Below, piece after piece: positions 23,182 through 32,000 of a DNA stretch of 32,000 nt. The translations under genes were made by a program, and so were the position numbers. Source of the DNA: Candidatus Saccharimonadota bacterium (GTDB lineage: Bacteria; Patescibacteriota; Microgenomatia; UBA1406; GWC2-37-13); assembly GCA_016700135.1 (NCBI GenBank), contig CP065004.1, forward strand, positions 30,001-62,000, given 5' to 3'. The notes beneath the pieces were generated by a model. It was not told the origin of the DNA. It did not search any database and saw nothing but the letters and a program-made list of their open reading frames with translations. The first letter of the stretch is position 1, and every line of letters begins with the position of its first letter.

Positions 23182-25221
23182 ATGCTTGCAGCGGAACACA
23201 TTTCAACTCTTTTACAAGGTCCTCCGTATTACATTCCGGGTCAACCGGGTCTTCAAGGCTTAAATGGATTCTTTCTCTCTTGTACCAGAGCGCGCGCTGA
23301 CGATCCCGAGACATATCGCCAGCATATCCAAAAGGGCTATATCGATGAGTATGTGCGTTTCGAAAGAGAACATCAACCCGCAGAAGTACAGGAAGCTCTG
23401 GAAGAAATTCAGGCTATTCCTGACTCCCGCCGCCGCACGGAAGCATTATTGACCCTCCTTCAGGAAGTATCAGCTGCTTATGCCTATCCCACTCCCCAAT
23501 GGGTGAAGGAATCAAAACCGATGTATCAGATTATGGTTGACCGTTTCTGCAATCCCAACCTATGGTCACCTGATGTAGAAATTCGTGAAGCGGCAACGAC
23601 ACACTGGCATGAACTGCAAAATAGGAAGGATCGCGATTTTTTCGATAATGTCAATTTTGCCGGCGGCACACTGGAAGGGATCATCGCAAATATCGACTAC
23701 TTAAAAAACATAGCGGGAGGCCTCTACCTCAATCCCATCTTTGAGTCCGATACCGTACACGGATACAATACAGCCGATTATACCAGTGTAAATCACCGCT
23801 TCGCCGGATTTTCAGACGCACAATACTACGGAGCAGATGAACGAGAACGGGCAGAAATGAAGATGACAGGGTTACAACAATTCGATGCACTGACGGATCA
23901 CATCCCGGTCGTCCTTGATATTGCAGTCAACCATACCGGTCGCGCTCATACAGCTTTCCAAGATATTGAAAAAAACGGGATCCAGTCTTCGTATACCGAT
24001 TGGTATCGAGGTCTTCAGTTTGATCAAGAGGGGAAGCTTACAGGCTGGAAAGGCTGGTGGGGCCATGACACTCTTCCAGAGCTGGATCACCATAGCGCCG
24101 GGGTACGGGACCATTTTTTGGGCGAGGGATATGCCGTTGGGAAACCTCTCGATGAGCAGACTGAAGAGTGGAAAACCTGGGTTACCCGGATTCAAAATGC
24201 CGGAACGAGAGAAGCAATATTGGAAGATCCTCAAATGCTTGAAGAAGCTCAGAAAAAACTGGGAGTAATAGGTTTCTGGAGCGCCATGATGAGCGGAGAA
24301 AAAAAGGACGGGACAAAGAAAAACGGCGGATGGAGGCTTGATGTCCCCAATGATATCAACCGTCCTGAGTTCTGGAATGAATTCAGAACGCTTGTCAAAA
24401 CCATTGACCCTGAACTATGGATTGTCGGAGAGATTTGGGACAACGAAAATGAAGCGCACTGGCTCAACGGCGACAAATTTGACGGCGTCATGAATTACCG
24501 CTTCTGGCAGAAAACGCTCGATTTTCTGATCGGTGACACACCCACACGCCGTCAGCATCTGTCAGGTGATCGTGCGTATCCGGTGAATGCATATCAGTTT
24601 GCAGACTATATCAAATGGTTTGTCTCCCGTCACCCCAAACAGGTTGTCGAAACCATGATGAACAATGCCGGTACTCATGATGTGATCCGGCTAAATGATC
24701 TGCTTGGTCATCCCGAAGCCAAATGGGATAAAACTGCGGTCGGTCTTACTATGATTATGACTCTCCCCGGTTCACCCTGCCTATGGTCAGGAGACGAGCT
24801 GGGGATGAATAACCGCAACTGTCCGATCGTCACTGACCCGATGAATCGGAAACCTTTTGAGTGGGACCTCACGAAGGATTATCCTGCCGCTCCAAAATCG
24901 GAGTTGCTGGGACATGTGCAGAGACTTTCAACACTTCGGGAACAATCACACGCTCTTCAGACAGCAAACATCCGGTTTATCAATACGGGAAATCCCAACG
25001 TACTCGCATATGTGCGGGAATCTGACCCTGACGATCCTGATGCCGATGAAGTACTTGTAATTGTGAACCGAAGCGGGAACAACGAAATGGTCTGTTATGA
25101 CGCTTTTGCAGGTATGCATTCCCACATTTCAGAGTACCTATCGACAAAAGACGGAGTGTCTTATGATGAATACGGTATTATGGTTCCGGAGAACTGTAGT
25201 GTGGTCTATACTTCCTCATAA
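23182..25221 (+). CDS. GH13 alpha-amylase family glycoside hydrolase (neopullulanase/cyclomaltodextrinase-like), cytoplasmic
   Basis: All four GH13 regions are present: DIAVNHTG, GGWRLDVPND, IVGEIWD and NNAGTHDVIR. MYQIMVDRF marks the usual catalytic-domain start. No signal peptide is seen. The start is uncertain (ATG 23182 or TTG 23170), and there is an N-terminal extension of about 115 aa. Confidence 0.85.
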   Translation: MLAAEHISTLLQGPPYYIPGQPGLQGLNGFFLSCTRARADDPETYRQHIQKGYIDEYVRFEREHQPAEVQEALEEIQAIPDSRRRTEALLTLLQEVSAAYAYPTPQWVKESKPMYQIMVDRFCNPNLWSPDVEIREAATTHWHELQNRKDRDFFDNVNFAGGTLEGIIANIDYLKNIAGGLYLNPIFESDTVHGYNTADYTSVNHRFAGFSDAQYYGADERERAEMKMTGLQQFDALTDHIPVVLDIAVNHTGRAHTAFQDIEKNGIQSSYTDWYRGLQFDQEGKLTGWKGWWGHDTLPELDHHSAGVRDHFLGEGYAVGKPLDEQTEEWKTWVTRIQNAGTREAILEDPQMLEEAQKKLGVIGFWSAMMSGEKKDGTKKNGGWRLDVPNDINRPEFWNEFRTLVKTIDPELWIVGEIWDNENEAHWLNGDKFDGVMNYRFWQKTLDFLIGDTPTRRQHLSGDRAYPVNAYQFADYIKWFVSRHPKQVVETMMNNAGTHDVIRLNDLLGHPEAKWDKTAVGLTMIMTLPGSPCLWSGDELGMNNRNCPIVTDPMNRKPFEWDLTKDYPAAPKSELLGHVQRLSTLREQSHALQTANIRFINTGNPNVLAYVRESDPDDPDADEVLVIVNRSGNNEMVCYDAFAGMHSHISEYLSTKDGVSYDEYGIMVPENCSVVYTSS

Positions 25222-25250
25222 AAAAACCCGCCCTTTCGAGCGGGTTTTTT
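25220..25250. terminator. Bidirectional intrinsic terminator between the GH13 gene and groEL
   Basis: AAAAAAACCCGC-cctttcga-GCGGGTTTTTT. The hairpin is flanked by an A-run and a T-run. Confidence 0.8.
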
Positions 25251-25265
25251 AATCGGTTTATTACC

Positions 25266-26924
<1,659 letters not shown>

Positions 26925-26956
26925 TTAGTTTTAATTATTAATTAATAATGTCTGTA

Positions 26957-27256
26957 TCAGGCAACAACTGCCATAATATTTTTCTGTTCTGTCAAGAGCC
27001 ATTCTTCTTGGCCGACCTTGACTTCATCGCCGCCCCATTTTTTGTAAATGACTTTCTGTCCGACTTTCACATGCATCGGAAGGGTTTTCCCGTCATCATT
27101 CATTGTTCCGGGACCAATTGCCATAACTTCTCCCATTTGAGGTTTTTCTTTGACGGTATCCGGGAGCACGATACCTGATGCTGTCACCTCTTCACGCTCC
27201 AGAGGCTTGATCAAGACATAATCAAACATCGGTTTGATATTTGTTTTAGCTGCCAT
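26957..27256 (-). CDS. groS: Co-chaperonin GroES
   Basis: 99 aa. IKPMFDYVLIKPLE...SGIVLPDT...G.V.A.G.G is the canonical GroES pattern. It lies directly upstream of groEL. Confidence 0.95.
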   Translation of the reverse strand: MAAKTNIKPMFDYVLIKPLEREEVTASGIVLPDTVKEKPQMGEVMAIGPGTMNDDGKTLPMHVKVGQKVIYKKWGGDEVKVGQEEWLLTEQKNIMAVVA

Positions 27257-27313
27257 AAATCTGTTATAGTTAACTTATAAATAGTAATTACCTGTTTACT
27301 CAAGACATATATA

Positions 27314-27342
27314 TTTATAACGAAGTAGTAAGAATTTGTCAA
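27314..27342 (-). promoter_or_regulatory. groES-groEL promoter (TTGACA-17-TATAAA)
   Basis: On the minus strand the -35 TTGACA is at 27342-27337, the spacer is 17 nt, and the -10 TATAAA is at 27319-27314. This predicts a 5' UTR of about 50 nt. Confidence 0.5.
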
Positions 27343-27366
27343 GTGGATTAGTTGTCTGCTAATTTT

Positions 27367-28410
27367 ATGGATAACCAAGCGGCTTTATCGGAAATAACAA
27401 AGCTAAAAACAAAATTGCAATCTGTACAGCTTCCTGCTAATTTGCAGCAGAAGGCACTTGAACAGATAGAACGCATCAATCTTTCACTGAAATTCGGAGG
27501 AAATCTCGCCCATCTTGATATTATCGAAAAATACATTGATTGGATTACTGCATTGCCCTGGTATGCCGAAACAAAAGATGTTGTTGATATCGCAAAGGCA
27601 AAAGCCAGTCTTGATAAAAACCATTACGGCCTGGATCGGGTGAAACTCAGGATCCTTGAGTATCTCTCCATTTATAAACTTCAGAAGGAAAAGCTGAACG
27701 CAAGTACTATTCATACACGACCACTTTTTTTTGTGGGTTTGGCCGGTACCGGAAAAACTACATTCGCCATCTCTATCGCCGAAGCACTCGGCAGACGACT
27801 TGTCCGTATTCCTTTCGGCGGACTTGCATCGGCTCGGGATCTGAGAGGACAATCCAAAATATCTCCCGAATCGGAACCCGGGAAAATTATTGAGTCTCTC
27901 CGGGAAGTACAGGTGAGAAATCCCGTCATACTTTTGGATGAGCTGGACCGTATCACACCGGATGCCCGGGCTGAAGTGATGGGAGTTCTGCTTGAACTTC
28001 TTGACCCGAATCAGAATCAGCATTTTGTCGATTACTTTTTGGATTTTCCTTTTGACCTGTCAAATGTCCTGTTTGTCGCAACTGCCAATAACACAAACAA
28101 TATTGCCCCTCCTGTACTCGACCGTCTTGAACTGATCCAGATGCCTTCATACACCGACGATGAAAAAATTGAAATCGGCAAAACGTATATCTTACCAAAG
28201 TATATGAAAGCGGCCGGAGTAGAACCAAATCAGCTGACGATTGACGATGCGCTTTGGCCCGATATTGTCAGACCGCTTGGATTTGAACCCGGAATCCGAA
28301 GTTTGGAAAGATTAATTGAAACAATAGTCCGCAAAGTAGCCTACAAACTTGTTTCAGGTGAAGGAAACAATTTCTACATCAACGCAAATAATATACGGGA
28401 GTTCAAGTAA
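27367..28410 (+). CDS. Lon-like AAA+ ATPase lacking both the LAN N-domain and the S16 protease domain
   Basis: IDWITALPW, NHYGLDRVKLRILEYLS, Walker A GLAGTGKTT, Walker B ILLDELDR, and PGIRSLERLIETIVRKVA align with the Lon ATPase module. The ORF stops where the Lon protease domain would begin. I chose the ATG at 27367; the track begins at TTG 27352. Confidence 0.8.
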   Translation: MDNQAALSEITKLKTKLQSVQLPANLQQKALEQIERINLSLKFGGNLAHLDIIEKYIDWITALPWYAETKDVVDIAKAKASLDKNHYGLDRVKLRILEYLSIYKLQKEKLNASTIHTRPLFFVGLAGTGKTTFAISIAEALGRRLVRIPFGGLASARDLRGQSKISPESEPGKIIESLREVQVRNPVILLDELDRITPDARAEVMGVLLELLDPNQNQHFVDYFLDFPFDLSNVLFVATANNTNNIAPPVLDRLELIQMPSYTDDEKIEIGKTYILPKYMKAAGVEPNQLTIDDALWPDIVRPLGFEPGIRSLERLIETIVRKVAYKLVSGEGNNFYINANNIREFK

Positions 28411-28469
28411 AATCGTCTGACCACCTTAAAACGATTTTATCCAGGATACTGACCCGGGATCCAAAGATA

Positions 28470-28877
28470 TTATTTGCAAAATTCTTCAAGCTCCGCAAAG
28501 GATATTCCTCTATTTGAAATCGGAAGTTCTACTTTTTCCCGCTCTATCGGTACAAGACACCGTGTCAGTAATTTTTGATTGAGATTCCGGTCATGAAGCG
28601 CCGGTCCGTAATTCACCATACAGACATCAAATTCTTTCCCACCGACTTCAATAATTGTTGAGCCGCTTCTCAAGGTATCAACCTTCCGAAGATCGGGCTT
28701 ACAAACACCGGTGTCAAGTGTGACGAGCGAATCAGTAACTTGAATTGAACGTCCTGCAGATACATCCGGTTTTGCTTTTGGCCGGTCGGAACTGTACATG
28801 TTGTAGGCTATTGATGAAATGATCACAAGCAAAATAAGCACTCCGATTATTATTTTGGTCTTTTTTGACATGTTCAT
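28470..28877 (-). CDS. Hypothetical membrane-anchored / secreted protein
   Basis: 135 aa with an N-terminal TM/signal segment (IIIGVLILLVIISSIAY). The start overlaps the upstream stop (ATGA). Confidence 0.6.
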   Translation of the reverse strand: MNMSKKTKIIIGVLILLVIISSIAYNMYSSDRPKAKPDVSAGRSIQVTDSLVTLDTGVCKPDLRKVDTLRSGSTIIEVGGKEFDVCMVNYGPALHDRNLNQKLLTRCLVPIEREKVELPISNRGISFAELEEFCK

Positions 28878-29434
28878 GATTTTTTCTTTTCAAATTTTTT
28901 TACCAGATCTAAAAGTAGCGGAAATTCTGTATATCCTGCTTGTGTATTCAGATGTCCTCCTTTTACGATGATTTCTGGTGTAACATCAAGAAATGTTGCC
29001 AGCTTCCCCAACGTTTCCTGGGGAACATACGGATCATCATCACCGTACAAAACAAACGCTTTTGCAAGTTGATTATTAACGGCAGTAAAATCCAGTTCTT
29101 TCTGCCTCATAAAATACCCGTTCAGTTCTGAGCCGTAATCTTCGGCAAAACCCGATACGGAAATCAGGCCATGCACTTTATTATCTGACTGTTCAATAAA
29201 GTCCAGCGCAGTGACTACACCGAGTGAATGGCCAATCATAAGCAGATTGCCTGAAGGCACTCCTTCAAGAAAATCTTTGACATTGCCGAGCCACTCAAAC
29301 CGGTCCGGATGAGCAGGATTGGGAAGTTCAGGCATATGTACCGTATGTTTCCTCTCTTCAAGCTCGTGTGCGAGCCAGCGTTCCCAGTGATCGCCTGCAT
29401 GTGACTCTATTCCGTGTAGGATGATGACGTGCAT
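28874..29434 (-). CDS. Alpha/beta hydrolase, YdeN/RBBP9-like serine hydrolase family
   Basis: 186 aa. VIILHG, the nucleophile elbow GHSLG, and a C-terminal GGHLN are at the spacing typical of this small hydrolase family. Confidence 0.7.
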   Translation of the reverse strand: MHVIILHGIESHAGDHWERWLAHELEERKHTVHMPELPNPAHPDRFEWLGNVKDFLEGVPSGNLLMIGHSLGVVTALDFIEQSDNKVHGLISVSGFAEDYGSELNGYFMRQKELDFTAVNNQLAKAFVLYGDDDPYVPQETLGKLATFLDVTPEIIVKGGHLNTQAGYTEFPLLLDLVKKFEKKKS

Positions 29435-29461
29435 AGCCCATTATACAAAGATTTACCCCAT

Positions 29462-29507
29462 AAAAAAACCCTCCTTTTCCCGATGTATATCGGGATCCGG
29501 AAGGGTT
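29462..29507 (-). terminator. Intrinsic terminator of the RRM-protein gene
   Basis: The minus strand reads AAACCCTTCCGGATCCCGAT-atac-ATCGGGAAAAGGAGGGTTT followed by a run of T. It is a two-tier hairpin beginning 12 nt after the stop. Confidence 0.75.
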
Positions 29508-29518
29508 TAGTTTTGTTA

Positions 29519-29806
29519 TTATTCGTTGTTGAAGTCACGCTGTGGTCTTTCCTCACGAGGTCGTGCTTTGTTGACGACGATATTTCTACCTTCGACTTCC
29601 TTACCATGCATTTCCTGTGCGGCTGCATCAGCTGCTTCCGGTGTTGTAAATGTTACAAAACCAAAGCCCTTTGAGCGACCGGTGCGTCTTTCCTCGATAA
29701 CGATTGCTTCGACGATTTCGCCGAATTGTGCAAAAAGGTCACGAAGCTGATCGTTTTTTATTGACCAAGGAAGATTTCCTACGAAAATTTTGTTGTTTTG
29801 ATCCAT
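29519..29806 (-). CDS. RNA-binding protein with a single RRM domain
   Basis: 95 aa with RNP-2 (IFVGNL) and RNP-1 (KGFGFVTF) motifs at canonical spacing. Confidence 0.9.
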   Translation of the reverse strand: MDQNNKIFVGNLPWSIKNDQLRDLFAQFGEIVEAIVIEERRTGRSKGFGFVTFTTPEAADAAAQEMHGKEVEGRNIVVNKARPREERPQRDFNNE

Positions 29807-29965
29807 GTGCTATATCACCACCTTTCGTCTATTCTACTTGCAAAGAAGTATTCTATTGAATAAAAGTATTTGATTTTGATCGCAGTTGTAACTTTTCTAA
29901 ACTGAAGATCTAACGGTATATAGTATACCACAAATCTCTTAATAATATTCATAATATGTATTTTT

Positions 29966-30406
29966 TCATTCAAGTGAACTGCTGAGCATCCAGATATGCT
30001 TTTCATGCGTCTGGAGTCTCCCGATAGCAAGATCCATGGTGGGATCATCTTTTGCTTCCTGGGCAACTTCAATAAGTTTTTTGGCTGTTTTCGTAAGTTT
30101 CATATGATCATTTTTCAGTGAAACGAGCATTTCTTTACTTTCCTTTTTGACATCTTCCGAGTCAATCTCGGATAATGACCGGAATTCGTCAAAAGTACCC
30201 GGAGATTTGACTCCAATAGCCCGAAGTCTCTCGGCAATTTCATCAACTGCCGTAAACAGATCTTCGTACTGAGTTTGAAACATCTCATGAAGTGCATGAA
30301 AATGAATTCCCGTCACATTCCAGTGATAATTTTGGGTCTTCAGCATCAGGATATAGGAGTCTGCAAGAAGGTTTTTAAGCGGTTGAGCGAGTTCGGTAGT
30401 AGCCAT
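29966..30406 (-). CDS. dps: Dps family DNA-protection / ferritin-like protein
   Basis: 146 aa. YILMLKTQNYHWNVTGIHFHALHEMFQTQYEDL..VDEIAER contains the ferroxidase-centre His/Asp/Glu pattern of Dps. Confidence 0.85.
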   Translation of the reverse strand: MATTELAQPLKNLLADSYILMLKTQNYHWNVTGIHFHALHEMFQTQYEDLFTAVDEIAERLRAIGVKSPGTFDEFRSLSEIDSEDVKKESKEMLVSLKNDHMKLTKTAKKLIEVAQEAKDDPTMDLAIGRLQTHEKHIWMLSSSLE

Positions 30407-30477
30407 ACTATTTCGATAAATTCATTAACTATCTATCTAATAGTATAAAACAATTGTAAGGAATCCGTGAGAAAGAA

Positions 30478-31077
30478 ATGAACCTCGCATCATATAAGTA
30501 TTTTCTGTATCATAGTAGTATGAACAAGAAGAAAACGAATGCCAGACATCTGAAGCATCCTTTTCATGTCTCCTTTTTAACGTTGTTCCCCATTCTTTTG
30601 CTTACCACGATATTGCTTTTCGGTACGGCACTTTGGAAGGCTACAACTGATCTTAAAATCATCGGACGCGGTTTAAGAACCGATATTCAGGAGCCTCAGA
30701 TTCGTGATCAACTTGTGATGTATCGGGTACAGCAGGATGACACTTTGGAAAGTATTGCCGAAACGTTTGAAATAACGGTAGATACAATAAAATGGGCAAA
30801 TACAATACCTGAAACCGGGATAGCGGTAAATATGATCCTGAGTATCCCTCCCGTATCAGGTGTAATACATGAGGTAGAAAGCGGTGAAACCACGGAGGAA
30901 ATTGCATTTAAGTACAACGCAGACCCCCAAACGATTAAGGATTTCCCCTACAATGTCTTTGCCGACAATGAAAAAACGATCCCCGTTCCGGGTCAGCTAC
31001 TGATGGTTCCCGGAGGAAGAAAAGCGGAAGAAAAAGAAGATGTGCTCGGTGAATTTTTTAAGAGATTAGGGTTTTAG
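30478..31077 (+). CDS. Membrane-anchored protein with two LysM domains
   Basis: There is one TM segment (FLTLFPILLLTTILLFGTAL). The two LysM-like units are YRVQQDDTLESIAETFEITVDTIKWAN and HEVESGETTEEIAFKYNADPQTIKDF. An alternative start is the ATG at 30520. Confidence 0.75.
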   Translation: MNLASYKYFLYHSSMNKKKTNARHLKHPFHVSFLTLFPILLLTTILLFGTALWKATTDLKIIGRGLRTDIQEPQIRDQLVMYRVQQDDTLESIAETFEITVDTIKWANTIPETGIAVNMILSIPPVSGVIHEVESGETTEEIAFKYNADPQTIKDFPYNVFADNEKTIPVPGQLLMVPGGRKAEEKEDVLGEFFKRLGF

Positions 31078-31590
31078 TCTCCTTTTTATCAAACCGGACT
31101 CAACGCCGATAGTTATTATTATGCCTGCAATACTGATAATCAGGAAAAAAGCGCCGCAGTAAAAAAATATCGAACCGATTATTTCCGCTTTAGAAAGCAT
31201 GTTCATCTCTGTAAAAAGCCAATTCCAGTCGTGAATAAGACCGTCTGCAATGAGCGGAAGCTGACGAACCCGGGCATCGGCCATATAGGTCGCAACATTT
31301 ATCACACTGTCACCAAGCCAGAATATGCTGAAAAAAACACCCGGATATTCTTCTTTCAAGAGAAAATAAACTACAAATGATATCGGCACAATAATCTGTA
31401 GGAGAGAACCGCCCAGTATTTCAATAAATTTCCCGAATATCATAAAGACGATATGTCCTGCTTCATGAATAACCAGATTCATAGCATCAAGAAGTATCCA
31501 GGGAGGGTCCTGCGTCAGAAGCTGAAAGGAAAAAAACACAATGATACCAAACAGTATGATATGTCCTACCGCCGCTCCCGTTATTTTCAT
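31066..31590 (-). CDS. Polytopic membrane protein with HExxH motif (putative intramembrane metalloprotease-like)
   Basis: 174 aa with about 5 TM segments. HEAGH lies at the end of TM2 (VIHEAGHIVF). The family is not recognised further. Confidence 0.5.
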   Translation of the reverse strand: MKITGAAVGHIILFGIIVFFSFQLLTQDPPWILLDAMNLVIHEAGHIVFMIFGKFIEILGGSLLQIIVPISFVVYFLLKEEYPGVFFSIFWLGDSVINVATYMADARVRQLPLIADGLIHDWNWLFTEMNMLSKAEIIGSIFFYCGAFFLIISIAGIIITIGVESGLIKRRLKP

Positions 31591-31708
31591 AATTCAAGTG
31601 TAACAAAAAACAGAAAATGATTTATTTCAGATATATTAAATACTATTTTGATATAATATACTGCCCTGGAATTGCCAGGACATGCCATATATCCAAAGGA
31701 GAAAAATC

Positions 31709-31966
31709 ATGGCACAGTCAAGCGCACAGCAGTTGAATGATTTGCAGGCAGCAGCTCTCTGGGAAGGATCCCTTCTCACATACGGGGAGCTTGCTCAGTT
31801 GCTCGGTATCCCAACGGATGGGGAGACAGTCAACGGCGTTGATTTTTTCAATGCCTGTATGGGTGTCCAGAGCAACGAAGCAGTTCAGGCTCTGTCCTAC
31901 GAGGAGCGGATCCGGGCGATTGCATCAGCAGGCGCTGCGATGGATGAGCTGCAGTTTGGCAGCTAG
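31709..31966 (+). CDS. Hypothetical small protein (85 aa), GC-rich
   Basis: The ATG at 31709 is preceded by the SD AAAGGAG and by an extended -10 TGATATAAT (31649-31657). The GC content is visibly higher than in the upstream genes. No family recognised. Confidence 0.5.
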   Translation: MAQSSAQQLNDLQAAALWEGSLLTYGELAQLLGIPTDGETVNGVDFFNACMGVQSNEAVQALSYEERIRAIASAGAAMDELQFGS

Positions 31967-32000
31967 GGCAAACGGTTGGTCGCCGTATAAGACCAAAGGA

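Noticed and set aside
27335-27361. CIRCE-like sequence TTGTCAAGT-N9-GTCTGCTAA between groES and the Lon-like gene
   Set aside because: It matches the consensus at only 11/18 positions and the arms are only 4/9 self-complementary. It lies upstream of and overlapping the groES -35 rather than in the leader. This is too weak to call.

Overview
The window looks like a compact, moderately AT-rich bacterial genome. Its gene content suggests a reduced-genome lineage such as Patescibacteria/CPR, but that is inference: envelope families DUF4012 and DUF3048, an RRM RNA-binding protein, a trimmed AspRS, a protease-less Lon-like ATPase, and almost no Shine-Dalgarno (SD) sites. Housekeeping blocks occupy 1-17.9 kb (hrcA 5' end, nfo, cca, secDF, rplY, aspS, peptidoglycan enzymes) and 25.2-31.6 kb (groES-groEL, Lon-like ATPase, RRM protein, dps, LysM protein). 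An accessory region around a tRNA-Tyr gene (20602-20685, minus) lies between them at about 17.9-25.2 kb. Its most unusual part is a GC-richer, SD-using three-gene membrane operon (17999-19535, minus) with its own promoter and terminator. In this operon two paralogous single-pass proteins flank a 4-TM protein. Diverging from it is a transcript that starts with two tandem hairpins and carries a 79-codon His/Trp/Gly/Pro-rich ORF, followed by an orphan 139-aa gene. None of these five products matches a family I recognise. Other points: many genes have a -10 box 6-9 nt from the ATG, suggesting leaderless mRNAs; an orphan promoter plus strong terminator sits upstream of the DUF3048 gene (small RNA or attenuator); a 58-codon membrane ORF is missing from the ORF track; and a GC-richer GH13 amylase-family gene carries an insertion. 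I saw no CRISPR array, transposase, integrase or rRNA. All family calls rest on motif recognition by eye, not on searches.
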